The translations under genes and the position numbers were made by a program. A stretch of 64,000 nt of DNA. It comes from an uncultured Clostridia bacterium. Lineage in GTDB: Bacteria; Bacillota; Clostridia; Christensenellales; Aristaeellaceae. The stretch lies in contig CAKTUU010000003.1 of NCBI GenBank assembly GCA_934621505.1, positions 18,580-82,579 on the forward strand, read 5' to 3'. The number at the start of each line of letters is the position of its first letter. The first letter of the stretch is position 1. Positions 10,110 to 19,835 of the stretch are shown here, one piece after another. A model generated the notes under the pieces. The model ran no database searches. It was not told the origin of the DNA and worked only from the letters and a program-made list of their open reading frames with translations.

Positions 10110-11874
10110 GCCTGCTCACCTCCCATTCAAGCACGCATAAAACAAACAATAGCAGCACCGCGGCCAGCGTCCATTCCCGGTAGCCGTAGCCCGCGGCCAC
10201 GGTTTCTTCCTTTTCAGAGGGCTGGGCCACCGTGCGGGTATCGCTTTCCGCCGCCGGGGCATGTAATGTAAACCGGGTCTGGCGGACGGTTCCGTCCTCC
10301 ATTTCCTCCTGCAGGGTATACACGCCGATCGCCTGTGTATTTTCCAGCCTGCCGCCATTCAGCGGCACGGTCTGTCCGTCCGGGGTCAGCACGGTAACCT
10401 TTTGACTGCGCACATCCGCATCAATCGCTACGCTCTCGCCGCAGGCGGCGCTTTCCACCCGGGCGGACGGCTCCGGCAGCAGGTAGGTCAGCAGGTTTTG
10501 AATCAGCACGGGAAAATCCGCCTTCAGGGGCAGATTGCTGTCATGCACGTCAAACCCCAGCACAGCCGCCCGGTGGGCCGCGGTTTCCTGAACGGCCAGC
10601 AGGCTTTGCCCGCCCGCCTCCAGCACGGCTGTTCCGCCGGTCAGCGGCGTGGCGGAGCGGATGGCGATATCGTTCAGCAGCAGATTTTCACAAAGGGTTC
10701 TGGCGGTATCGCCGGAGGCCGCCCGCAGAGCGCCGGGCTGGCTGACCGCATCGCCGGGGGTAATATCCAGCACGGCCTTCTGCGGATGAACCGCCAGAAT
10801 GGCCCCGCTTTCCGGCAGGGTTTCCGGCAGCACGCCGTCATACACATACAGGTCGTACTGGCCGGGCTGGTCCACATCCTGAGGGGAGGCCAAATCCACC
10901 GTCAGGTTGGTGTTCAGCGCCAAAGCCTTTTCCAGAAACACGTTGCCGTCCGTCACCAGCAGCGCCGTGCGCCGGGTTTGGGCCGGCCTGACCGCGTAGC
11001 GGTCGTTATCCACATCCAGCGCGTCCGAAGCAGCGATGTGGACGCGAACCTGTTGCGCGGTTTCCGGAATAGCAAAGCGCACGCCGGTTTGGCCGTCCTT
11101 GTCCAGACTGGCGGTGCGCACGTCGCACAGTTCCCCATCCGCATAGCATTCCAGCGTCACTTCACAGGCGGGGCCGTAGTTCTGGACCCTTGCAAAGGCC
11201 AGAGCGCTTTCCGGCTGCATGGTCGCGTCCAGCAGCGCGCGGTTTGGCATGCTTTCGCCTGCGGCACGCAGGCTTCCGTCCTGCAGGGTCAGGCTCGCGT
11301 CGTCGGTAAACACATAGATTTGCAGGTTTTGCAGGTCCTGACGCAGAGCGCGGGCCAATGCCAGCGCGCCCTCCATGTCGCTGCCGCCGTTTTGCGCCTG
11401 CAGGTTCTGGATAACCCGGCGCGCCTGTCCATGGTCGCTTGAGCGGGACAACAGCTGCTGAAAGCTGGAGCCGGCGGCCAGCACCGTCACCGGGGTTGTT
11501 TCTCCCAGTCTGTCCAGCAGGGTCAGGGCCTGATCCTTTGCCTCGTCCAGGCGGCTTTGTCCCTGACTGTTTTGGGTCTGCATGCTGGCGGACAGGTCTA
11601 CAATCAGCACCGCCTCGCCCTCAGAGCCGCCAAGGGTGGCGGGGCGCATCAGGCACAGGGTCACCAGCAGCACCGTCAGAATTTGCAGCCACAGCAGCAG
11701 TCTGCTTTTCAGCCGCTGAAAGGGCTTGCTTTGCGGCGCGTCGCTTTCCATGCGCCGCCACAGCAGCAAGCTGGGAACCGTTTGCCTGCGGGCCTTTTTT
11801 TTCAGCACCCACAGCAAAATCACCGGCACAAGCGCCAGCAGCGCCCATGCTCCGGCAGGATAGAGCCATTGCAT
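10099..11874 (-). CDS. BatA-like membrane protein with vWA domain (591 aa)
   Basis: N-terminus MQWLYPAGAWALLALVPVILLWVLKKKARR has the same architecture as BatA_N. vWA motif VLIVDLSASMQT. RBS AGAGGAAA. Confidence 0.75.
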   Translation of the reverse strand: MQWLYPAGAWALLALVPVILLWVLKKKARRQTVPSLLLWRRMESDAPQSKPFQRLKSRLLLWLQILTVLLVTLCLMRPATLGGSEGEAVLIVDLSASMQTQNSQGQSRLDEAKDQALTLLDRLGETTPVTVLAAGSSFQQLLSRSSDHGQARRVIQNLQAQNGGSDMEGALALARALRQDLQNLQIYVFTDDASLTLQDGSLRAAGESMPNRALLDATMQPESALAFARVQNYGPACEVTLECYADGELCDVRTASLDKDGQTGVRFAIPETAQQVRVHIAASDALDVDNDRYAVRPAQTRRTALLVTDGNVFLEKALALNTNLTVDLASPQDVDQPGQYDLYVYDGVLPETLPESGAILAVHPQKAVLDITPGDAVSQPGALRAASGDTARTLCENLLLNDIAIRSATPLTGGTAVLEAGGQSLLAVQETAAHRAAVLGFDVHDSNLPLKADFPVLIQNLLTYLLPEPSARVESAACGESVAIDADVRSQKVTVLTPDGQTVPLNGGRLENTQAIGVYTLQEEMEDGTVRQTRFTLHAPAAESDTRTVAQPSEKEETVAAGYGYREWTLAAVLLLFVLCVLEWEVSRRGA

Positions 11875-11890
11875 CGTTTTTCCTCTTTCA

Positions 11891-12745
11891 TCAGGCGATC
11901 AGGCCGCTTCGGCTCAGTTCGCGCAGCATTTGTTCCTCAAAGGGGGTTTGGGGAATCAAAAACACATGGGTAACGCCGTGGGACAGGCAAAAGTCATGGG
12001 CGCTCTGCACATAGGCCCGCGCCGTTTCCCGGTAGCGCTTCAGGGTATCGTAATCGGCGGACAGAATCAGCTTTTCATCCGTTTCACTGTCGCAAAGCTC
12101 CACCACGTCCTCCAGCCGGGGTTCCCACTCCGTTTGGGCAAGCAACTGAACCACGCTGACCTCCTGCTTGCGGTACAGCAGGGAGGTCAGGGCCCGGTCA
12201 TAGCCGTCCTCGGAAAGCAGGTCGCTGACCAGAATGGTAACGCCCCTGCCCTGTGGCAGGCTGATTTTTTCCACGCAGTCTCCCAGTCTGGTCTGCCCGT
12301 TCGGGGTCAGGCCCTCCAGAAAATCGGAAAGCTCCGGGTAGCTTTGCCTGCCCTGCAGAGGGCGGGTATGCGCCCCATCCCGGCCCAAGGCGTACGCCGT
12401 TACCCGGTCGCCGCCGCACAGGCACAGATAGCCCAGCATTTGAACCAGCTGCCTGGCCGCCTCCCATTTTTCAAAGCCCATGGAAGCGCTGACATCCAGC
12501 AGCAGATGCACCCGCTGCTCCTGTTCCTCCATGAACAGCTTCAGGAATAAACGTTCAAACCGGGCGTAGGCGTTCCAGTCGATTCGGCGCACATCGTCGC
12601 CCAGCGCGTATTCCCGAAAGTCGGAAAATTCCACGCTGCTGCCCAGCGCTTTGGACCGTCTAAGCCCGCCGGAGCCGCCGCTGGCCGGGTGGCGCATGCG
12701 CAGGGCCAGCGTGTCCAGCCGCCGCAAAAAGGCATCGGATAACAC
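11891..12745 (-). CDS. DUF58 family protein (MoxR-associated)
   Basis: GTG start with RBS AAGGAAGGAG. The motif SVEFSDFREYALGDDVRRIDWNAYARFERLFLKLF...LLLDVSASMGF is typical of DUF58 proteins, which usually follow MoxR ATPases. Confidence 0.8.
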   Translation of the reverse strand: MLSDAFLRRLDTLALRMRHPASGGSGGLRRSKALGSSVEFSDFREYALGDDVRRIDWNAYARFERLFLKLFMEEQEQRVHLLLDVSASMGFEKWEAARQLVQMLGYLCLCGGDRVTAYALGRDGAHTRPLQGRQSYPELSDFLEGLTPNGQTRLGDCVEKISLPQGRGVTILVSDLLSEDGYDRALTSLLYRKQEVSVVQLLAQTEWEPRLEDVVELCDSETDEKLILSADYDTLKRYRETARAYVQSAHDFCLSHGVTHVFLIPQTPFEEQMLRELSRSGLIA

Positions 12746-12760
12746 GTTTTTTCTCCTTCC

Positions 12761-13741
12761 TTAGCCCCGGGGCAGGGTCTTGAGCAAATGGTCGATCACG
12801 CCCTCCACGGTAACGCCCTGCGCCACGCCCTCAAAGCTGAGCGCAATGCGGTGCCGCAGACAGGCGGGAGCCACAGCCTCAATGTCCTCAAAGGCCACGT
12901 TATAGCGCCCGTGCATCAGCGCCCGCACCCGTGCGGTGGCAATCAACGCCTGCGCCGCGCGGGGGCTGCCGCCGAAGCGCACGCACTTTTGCACCAGCTC
13001 CGGGCTGTCCTGAAGCTCGGGATGGGTCGCCAGCACCAGCCGCAGGGCAAAATCCTGTACGGCCTGGGCAATGGGCACATCCTGGGCCACAGCCCGCATC
13101 TGCAGCAGAGTATCCGCGTTTGCCACCGCCTGAGCGTGACAGGTTTGCGGCCGGGTGGTCAGGCCCACAATCTGGCCCAGTTCCTCCAGACTGGGAAAAT
13201 CCACCTGAATTTTCAGCATAAAGCGGTCCAGCTGGGCCTCCGGCAGGGGGTAGGTGCCCTCCTGCTCCATGGGATTTTGCGTGGCCAGTACAAAGTAAGG
13301 TTCGCTCAGCTGATGGGTCTCCCCCGCCACGGTGACGGAATGCTCCTGCATGGCTTCCAGCAGGGCAGCCTGGGTTTTGGGCGTGGCGCGGTTGATTTCA
13401 TCCGCCAGCACAATGGAGGCAAACAGCGGGCCTTCCCGGAAACGAAACTCGTTGCCGCTGTCGGTTTTGACAATGATGTTGGTACCGGTAATATCGGCGG
13501 GCATCAGGTCCGGGGTAAACTGAATGCGGTTAAAGGGCATGTCAAACACCTGGGACAGGGTGCGCACCAGACGGGTTTTGCCCAGACCGGGCACGCCCTC
13601 CAGCAGCACGTTGCCACCGGCCACCAGCGCGGTCAGCAGCTGCTCAATCACGTTTTTCTGGCCGATGATTTCCTTGCCGATTTCCGTTTGAATTTCCTCG
13701 ATTTGCCGGGAAAAGGCCTCAATCTGCTCCTGTTGAATCAT
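12761..13741 (-). CDS. MoxR-family AAA+ ATPase
   Basis: Start trimmed to the Met at 13741 (MIQQEQIE), which has RBS AAAGGAG. Walker A GVPGLGKT and family-typical MoxR motifs (IIGQKNVIEQLLTALVAGGNVLLEG, ADEINRATPKTQAALLEAMQE) are present. Confidence 0.9.
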   Translation of the reverse strand: MIQQEQIEAFSRQIEEIQTEIGKEIIGQKNVIEQLLTALVAGGNVLLEGVPGLGKTRLVRTLSQVFDMPFNRIQFTPDLMPADITGTNIIVKTDSGNEFRFREGPLFASIVLADEINRATPKTQAALLEAMQEHSVTVAGETHQLSEPYFVLATQNPMEQEGTYPLPEAQLDRFMLKIQVDFPSLEELGQIVGLTTRPQTCHAQAVANADTLLQMRAVAQDVPIAQAVQDFALRLVLATHPELQDSPELVQKCVRFGGSPRAAQALIATARVRALMHGRYNVAFEDIEAVAPACLRHRIALSFEGVAQGVTVEGVIDHLLKTLPRG

Positions 13742-13757
13742 GGCTTGCTTTCTCCTT

Positions 13758-15182
13758 TTATTGTAAAGCGTTAAAGTAATCCTGCACCCACCGCTGGGCA
13801 TAGGCGGGCAGGGCGGCGTTCTGCACGGCCTGCACCTCGGCCTGGCTGTATTGGGTGATGGCCTGGCTGTAGGGCACGCTGCCGTTCAGGCTGCCTGTTC
13901 CGGAGCCGATTTCCACTTCCTGCACATCGCCCTGCCCCATTTCGCCGCTGTCGCTGACGGCGTCGCCAGCGCCTCCCAGACGGATGGGGTCATAAATGCT
14001 CTCGTATTCCGCGGTTTTCTTTTCCGGGTCGGCGCTGCCGGGCTGCTGCCTGATCGGGTTTTTGCCGCTGACGCCCCCGTCCTTGTCGGAGGAGCCCAAG
14101 CTGGCCCCGCCGCCCTTGCCGTCCTTGCCCTGACTGGCGGACGAGCCAGTTTCGCTGCCCTGACCCATTTGGGAGCCCTGCCCGGACTGGGCGGCCGCGG
14201 CCCGCGCCATAGCGGCCAGCGCCATGGCCTGCGCCGCGGACATGCTTTGTCCCTTCGAGGCGTTTTGCAAAAGCTGCATGGCCTGCTGCAAATCCCCCGC
14301 CTTCAGCGCCTGCGACGCGCTGGCAAGCATATCGCCCACGTCGCCCGCCTGCTGGGCCGCCTGATTCAGCCGGTCCGCCGCGTCCGTCTGCTCCAAAGCT
14401 TCCTGCGCCGCGGCGGTATCCTGATTTTCCAGCGCCGCCGCCAGACTGTCCAGCCCGGCGTTTTTCATCGCGTCTAAGGCCTGACTTGCCGTGCGCTGCT
14501 GCATTTTTTCAATTCTGCGTTCCGTCTGATCCACTGCCTCCAGCGCGTCCCGGCGCTGCTGGGCGTCACGAAGGTTTTGGCTTAATTCCTTCAGCAGCTT
14601 ACGGGGTTCCGGCGTTTGCGTCTGTTTTTCATCCAGATTGTCGGCGGCCTGATCCACCTTATCCGCCTGAGCGGTCATGTCTTTACGGAACTGCTCCCGC
14701 GCCTGCAAAACCTGCGCCTGCGGGTTGGAAATCAAAAAGCTGAGGCCCGTCAGCGCCAGACATACGGCCACGCCGGCCCAAACCAGCGCCGGGGCGCGAA
14801 AGCGCAGCATCCGTTTGGGCTCAATGCTCCGCAAGCTTTCAATGGTATCCTGCCGCTGCATCTGGGCCATGGGGGTATCGTCCCCCTGCAGCATCAGGGC
14901 GGTCTGGGCACGGGCCATCAGGCCCAAAGCATCCGCCTGACGGGCGGCGTTTACATCTTTAACAGGCAGGCACAGCGCGGCCAGGGCAAAAAGCGCCGGG
15001 CCCGCAGCAGCGGCGGCTGCGCCCCACCAGACCGCGTTTTCAAAGGGAAATAAAAAGCTGGCCAACCGAATCAGCACAATGCACACCGCCCCCGCCAGCA
15101 GGCCGTAAGCCGCCCATAAAAAGACCCGCTGAGCACGCATGCGGCGCTTTACCGGCGCAAGGGCTTCTTTCAGCTCACGCAT
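13758..15182 (-). CDS. hypothetical membrane-anchored coiled-coil protein (474 aa)
   Basis: Two or three N-terminal TM segments, then a long Ala/Gln/Glu-rich predicted coiled coil and a Gly/Ser/Gln low-complexity stretch. RBS AGAGGGGGAAAG. Part of the MoxR operon. Confidence 0.55.
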   Translation of the reverse strand: MRELKEALAPVKRRMRAQRVFLWAAYGLLAGAVCIVLIRLASFLFPFENAVWWGAAAAAAGPALFALAALCLPVKDVNAARQADALGLMARAQTALMLQGDDTPMAQMQRQDTIESLRSIEPKRMLRFRAPALVWAGVAVCLALTGLSFLISNPQAQVLQAREQFRKDMTAQADKVDQAADNLDEKQTQTPEPRKLLKELSQNLRDAQQRRDALEAVDQTERRIEKMQQRTASQALDAMKNAGLDSLAAALENQDTAAAQEALEQTDAADRLNQAAQQAGDVGDMLASASQALKAGDLQQAMQLLQNASKGQSMSAAQAMALAAMARAAAAQSGQGSQMGQGSETGSSASQGKDGKGGGASLGSSDKDGGVSGKNPIRQQPGSADPEKKTAEYESIYDPIRLGGAGDAVSDSGEMGQGDVQEVEIGSGTGSLNGSVPYSQAITQYSQAEVQAVQNAALPAYAQRWVQDYFNALQ

Positions 15183-16077
15183 GGGCTTTCCCCCTCTTGG
15201 GAACGCCTTTTACCTTCATATTCAGGGCGGACAGCGCGATCAGCGCCAGAGAGGCGACCAGCATAACCCCCATGTTGATAACAAAGAACCATTCGTAATG
15301 CAGCATGGTTCCCGTATTGCCCAGGGTATAGCTGAACTGCCACAAATAGCCGGTCAGGTCGCTGCCCTGGCTGACCAGCATGGAAAACAGCCCCAATCCC
15401 GGATTCAGCACAAAGGAAATGGGAATGTAATCCAACATCACCTGCTGAACGCCGGACGACTGCATGGCGTCATACAAATCACCAATCCGTTTGACATCAT
15501 AAAACAGGGGCAGCAGGGTAACCACGCCAATGCCCAGCAGCGCCACATAGCTGACCACCGTAGCGGTTACCGTGCGCTTGAGCAGGCTGGAGCAGAACAG
15601 GCCCACGCTGAGGGCCGCCAGCGCCGCTACCAGCAAAAAGGCTGTGCTGACCAGCACCTGACCCGGATTGACCACGCCGGTAATCAACGTCAGGGACAAA
15701 ACCGGCAGCGAACTCATCACCAGCAGCGCCAGAAAAGCAAAGCTCTCCAGCAGCGTGCCCCACACAAGGCGGCCCGGACCCATATTGGTCACCATCAGCA
15801 AATCCAGGGTTTGGCGCTCCCTTTCGCCGCTGATGCTTCCGGCGGTCATGGCGGGGGCCACCAGCAAAATCAGTACAAACTGCAAAAGAACAATGCCCAT
15901 ATATCCCAGTGAACCATTCATGATTTGCTGCAGGGTAAACGTATCCTGCACAAAGGGATGGCAGACGGCAAAATAGCCGATGACGGATAAAACCAAAGCA
16001 TACAGCGTAATCAGCAGCGGCGTGCGGACGGACCGCATTCTGCGCCGGGCCGAGAAGGACAAAATGGGGTTACTCAT
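15175..16077 (-). CDS. ABC-2 type transporter permease
   Basis: 300 aa, about six TM helices. Overlaps the upstream ABC ATPase gene by 8 nt. RBS GGAGGTG. Confidence 0.65.
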   Translation of the reverse strand: MSNPILSFSARRRMRSVRTPLLITLYALVLSVIGYFAVCHPFVQDTFTLQQIMNGSLGYMGIVLLQFVLILLVAPAMTAGSISGERERQTLDLLMVTNMGPGRLVWGTLLESFAFLALLVMSSLPVLSLTLITGVVNPGQVLVSTAFLLVAALAALSVGLFCSSLLKRTVTATVVSYVALLGIGVVTLLPLFYDVKRIGDLYDAMQSSGVQQVMLDYIPISFVLNPGLGLFSMLVSQGSDLTGYLWQFSYTLGNTGTMLHYEWFFVINMGVMLVASLALIALSALNMKVKGVPKRGKAHA

Positions 16078-17005
16078 CCCTGGTCACCTCCATAAACACC
16101 TTTTCCAAATTCAGGGGCGCGCGGTGAAAATCCACCACAGGCGCGGCCTGGACCAGCTGCCGCAGCAGCGCGGCGGCGGCCTGATCGTCGCCGTCAAAGG
16201 CCACCGTCAGCCCGTTGTCCGCCTCCTGTCCCACGCCGGTAACGCCGGGCTGCTGGCGAATCAGCGCCGCGGCGCTGCGCATGCAGGCTTCATCCGCGGT
16301 GGAGGCCAGACGAATCAGCAGGGGGGCGTTTCCGTTCATATGCCGGTTCAGCTCATCCACAGAACCGGAAAACACCAGCTTTCCATGATCGATAATGGTC
16401 AGCGCGTCGCACATCTCCGACAGCTCCGGCAAAATGTGAGAGGAAATCAGCACGGTTTTGCCCATGCCCTTCAGGGTGCGAAGAATGTTCTTCATTTCCG
16501 CCCGGGCCCGGGGGTCCATGCCGGAGGCGGGCTCGTCCAGAATCAGCAGCCGGGGATCATGAATCAGGGCCCTTGCCAGGCACAGGCGCTGCTTCATGCC
16601 ACGGGACAGCACATCCACATAGCTGTCCCGCTTATCCGTCAGGTTCACCAGCTCCAGCAGGCTGTCAATCATATTCATGCGGTCACGGTAGCCAAAGCCG
16701 TAGCACCGGGCGTAAAAGTCCAGATATTCCCAGGTTTTCAGCCGGTCGTACACGCCGAAGAAATCCGGCATATAGCCCATCAGCTTATGCACTTCCTTCG
16801 GGTTTTTCACCACATCCACCCCGTCCAGCGTGGCGCTGCCGACGGTAGGCTTCAGCAGCGTGGCCAGAATGCGCATGGTGGTGGTTTTACCGGCGCCATT
16901 GGGGCCTACAAAGCCGTGCAGCTCGCCGTCGGCAATGGTCATATTCAAATGATCCAGCGCTACAAACTGGCCGTAGTTGCGGGTCAGTTCCTTCACAATC
17001 AGCAC
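16070..17005 (-). CDS. ABC transporter ATP-binding protein
   Basis: GTG start. Walker A GPNGAGKTT, signature LSRGMKQRL, Walker B LLILDEPASGMD. RBS GGAAGGAAGGG. Confidence 0.9.
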   Translation of the reverse strand: MLIVKELTRNYGQFVALDHLNMTIADGELHGFVGPNGAGKTTTMRILATLLKPTVGSATLDGVDVVKNPKEVHKLMGYMPDFFGVYDRLKTWEYLDFYARCYGFGYRDRMNMIDSLLELVNLTDKRDSYVDVLSRGMKQRLCLARALIHDPRLLILDEPASGMDPRARAEMKNILRTLKGMGKTVLISSHILPELSEMCDALTIIDHGKLVFSGSVDELNRHMNGNAPLLIRLASTADEACMRSAAALIRQQPGVTGVGQEADNGLTVAFDGDDQAAAALLRQLVQAAPVVDFHRAPLNLEKVFMEVTRDE

Positions 17006-19528
17006 TTATTTCACCCTTCCTTCCACAGTCACCACAGGCACGGAAACATCCGCGTATTCCTCGCTGCCGCCTTTTTCAAACCGGGCGAACAGGAAACCGT
17101 TTACCAGATAGGTATCCAAATCCGGCAGGCTGGCCACGGAGGAACCGCGCCCTGTGGAACGATCCACCGTAAACTGCTTCCACGCGTCCCACTGACCGGT
17201 TTGCGGGTTATACAGGCTTACATTGTAGGCATAATAGCTGTACTGCGACCCAACGTCAAAGCCGGTGATGGTCAGCTGGTCCGGCAGTGCCCGCATATCA
17301 ATGGCAAAGGTCTGGTCCACGGACAGGCTGAAGGTCTGATAGGCCAGGTTTTGCACAGACTCGCCCACAACCGGCTGCTGGTTGTCGCCCAGGATGGCGG
17401 CGCTGACCGGAAAGCTGTTGGACAGGAACCGGGCCGTACCGTCCGCGGCCACCGGGTTGTAATGGGCCTGCACCAGAACGCAGCTGCGCTGAGCCTGCCG
17501 CTGCACGGGCCGGCCGTCAACGCTTACCTGCAGGCCGTCCAGTTCATCGCTGAAGGCGGCGTAGCAAAACTTGACTTGAAAACGGTCTATCTGGCCGGAA
17601 ACATTGTTTAACAGCTGCCCGCGCAGTACCCATTCATTTTTTTTCGATGAGATTTTCCTTTGCCGGTTCACATAATTATCGGTCATTTCATACATCGACA
17701 CATTGCTGCGCTGCTCGTCCGTCAGCAGCACGCCGTTCCAGTCCTGATTATACCAGTCCGGGTATCTGGTGTTGGCATAGGTCGACGATTTTGGGGCGGG
17801 CTTCAGGCTGCACTGAACCGTCTGCCCCGGCAGCAGACCGGGCGCGGACACATAGCCGTAGCCGCTGAGCACCACGCCCTCGCTAAGGGTAATGGCGGAC
17901 TGGTTGGTAATGGTAAAGGTCAGGTTTTCCCCATCCCAGCCGCATTGAACGGAAATGCCGCTCGCGTCCTTCATGGGCGCGCCGCGCACCACAAAGGTGT
18001 TGATATTCCATGGATGGTCGTTCTGGCAGGTCAGGCTTTCCTGCGCGCCATAGGCGTAGGTATAGCGCAGGGTGGCGGGATTGTTCTTCCCATCGTCCTG
18101 GGAGGCGTTGGCATAATATCCGGCGGTGGCGGCCATATCGATGGTTCCCTCATTCAGCGTCAGGGTCATGGGGCCCTGCTCCGCCTTGGCGGCGGACACC
18201 ACGGTGTAACCGTCGGTATAGCCGTTTTCATCCACCTGCAGCAGGGAATAGCGCACCACGATCGGGTCCCGAATGGGCAGCGCCAGGCTGAAAAGCCACA
18301 TGCCCAGAGCGGACAGGGCCGCCAGCGCGGGCGCCAGGGCCCACATCCATTCCCGCTTATCCGGCTTTTTCAGAACCAGATAGCCGCCCACCCCCGCCAG
18401 CAAAGCAAAGGCTGCCAGCAGAACCGCGGGGCCGTAGGCCTTACGCGCATTGGGAATTTTCACATTGCTGGTTATGCTGGAATCGGCAAAAACGCCGGAA
18501 TTGTCATAGCTGCCGTTGGACCGCTGGTTCACAATGGCCTGATAGCGGGTTTGAACGCTGGCCAGCAAAATCCGCTGCCAGATGACATTGCGTCCCAGCC
18601 ACTGGGCCAGCGGCTTTTCGCACAGCGAAAACGAGGCCGTCAATACATAACCGTCACCAACGGCGGCAGCGTCCACCAGCGGCCCCTCCCCAAAGGGAGC
18701 GCCCTTGGCGCCGTTCAGGGGTACCTGGGTGGTAATCTCCCCCATGCCGTCGCCCTTGACGCCCAGCAGGCTCATCAGCTGGCCGCTGACGTTCTGCCCA
18801 TCGGTAACCGAACCGGCCGTAATGCCGGTATAGGGCTGAAAAAACGCAAAGTTCTGGCGTGCGTTCGCGCCGCCGCCCACAATGAAAATGCCGCCGTTCT
18901 TCAGCCAGGCGTCCGCCGCCTCCTGCTGCTGCTGGCTCAGGGTGGTCAGGTCAAAGCCGTCTACCACCAGCAGGTCAAAAAAGCGCAGGCTTTCCGCGTC
19001 GGACGGAAAGGTGGAAGCGTCCAGAGCCACAGGGGTCCAGTATTCGCCGCGGGCCAGAGGATCCGCCCCCTGGCTGATGCTCATATACTGCAAGTCCTGG
19101 GCGTTGCGGCTGAGCGTGCCCACTACCAGATTGTAGGGGTTCAGCACCGTTTCCGGCTTAAAGGCGGTTTCGCACACCAGCCGGTCCCCCTCCAGCAGGC
19201 GCAGGGTATAGGTCTTTTGCTTCTGGGTCAGCACCACAGGCAGGGTTACCTGCACGGACGCGCCGCTGGCAACGCTGACCGGCATCTGGTACCTGTCGTA
19301 CTCCGCCCCGCTGCGGTTCACGTCCAGGGACAGGGTGCCCTGTAAATCCGGCCCATGGTTTTCCAGGGTCACGGTAACCGGCAGCTTGCGCACATAGGTC
19401 GCCACGCCGTTATACCCCATGGTCACGTCCATGGTTACATCCTCCTGCGCCAGGCCCGCAACGGGCAGACACAGCAGCACAGCACAGCACAACGCTGCCA
19501 GTAACCGGTTGATTTTTCTGGTTGTCAT
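17006..19528 (-). CDS. large secreted/membrane-anchored protein (840 aa), possibly an ABC-transporter auxiliary component (GldG-like)
   Basis: Signal peptide MTTRKINRLLAALCCAVLLCLPVAGLAQ. Two TM helices near residues 470-520. RBS AGGAGG. First gene of the operon, immediately upstream of the ABC ATPase. No confidently recognised domain. Confidence 0.55.
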   Translation of the reverse strand: MTTRKINRLLAALCCAVLLCLPVAGLAQEDVTMDVTMGYNGVATYVRKLPVTVTLENHGPDLQGTLSLDVNRSGAEYDRYQMPVSVASGASVQVTLPVVLTQKQKTYTLRLLEGDRLVCETAFKPETVLNPYNLVVGTLSRNAQDLQYMSISQGADPLARGEYWTPVALDASTFPSDAESLRFFDLLVVDGFDLTTLSQQQQEAADAWLKNGGIFIVGGGANARQNFAFFQPYTGITAGSVTDGQNVSGQLMSLLGVKGDGMGEITTQVPLNGAKGAPFGEGPLVDAAAVGDGYVLTASFSLCEKPLAQWLGRNVIWQRILLASVQTRYQAIVNQRSNGSYDNSGVFADSSITSNVKIPNARKAYGPAVLLAAFALLAGVGGYLVLKKPDKREWMWALAPALAALSALGMWLFSLALPIRDPIVVRYSLLQVDENGYTDGYTVVSAAKAEQGPMTLTLNEGTIDMAATAGYYANASQDDGKNNPATLRYTYAYGAQESLTCQNDHPWNINTFVVRGAPMKDASGISVQCGWDGENLTFTITNQSAITLSEGVVLSGYGYVSAPGLLPGQTVQCSLKPAPKSSTYANTRYPDWYNQDWNGVLLTDEQRSNVSMYEMTDNYVNRQRKISSKKNEWVLRGQLLNNVSGQIDRFQVKFCYAAFSDELDGLQVSVDGRPVQRQAQRSCVLVQAHYNPVAADGTARFLSNSFPVSAAILGDNQQPVVGESVQNLAYQTFSLSVDQTFAIDMRALPDQLTITGFDVGSQYSYYAYNVSLYNPQTGQWDAWKQFTVDRSTGRGSSVASLPDLDTYLVNGFLFARFEKGGSEEYADVSVPVVTVEGRVK

Positions 19529-19680
19529 TGGTGTTCCTCCTTGCCGCGGCGCTTTGTGCCCGCACTTATGTAACGCAAAATCCGTGGATTATCTTCCCAA
19601 CGGCTCCACAAAAAATGGAATGTTGTTCAGGCTGCTGAAAAACCCTAGTATGAGAACACTCGTCCACGAACATGACTACG

Positions 19681-19766
19681 CTGGTTCACGGGAAATACGT
19701 TACGCTACAAGGCTTAGGGGGTCCGCCCCTAAAACCCCGGCAGGAGGCAGTACCTCCTGCACCTCC
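19681..19766 (+). repeat. palindromic intergenic repeat element, copy 2
   Basis: ctacaaggcttagggggtccgcccctaaaaccccggcaggaggcagtacctcctgcacctcc plus T-run. Left arm partially diverged. Lies between the divergent MoxR/ABC operon and zur. Confidence 0.75.
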
Positions 19767-19797
19767 ACTTTTTCAACAACCTGAGTTGTTTTTTCTA

Positions 19798-19826
19798 TTG
19801 ACATCATCGCCTGCACAGACTATACT
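19798..19826 (+). promoter_or_regulatory. sigma-A type promoter of the zur-znuABC operon
   Basis: TTGACA (19798-19803), 17-bp spacer, TATACT (19821-19826). Confidence 0.6.
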
Positions 19827-19835
19827 TGCAAAGTT

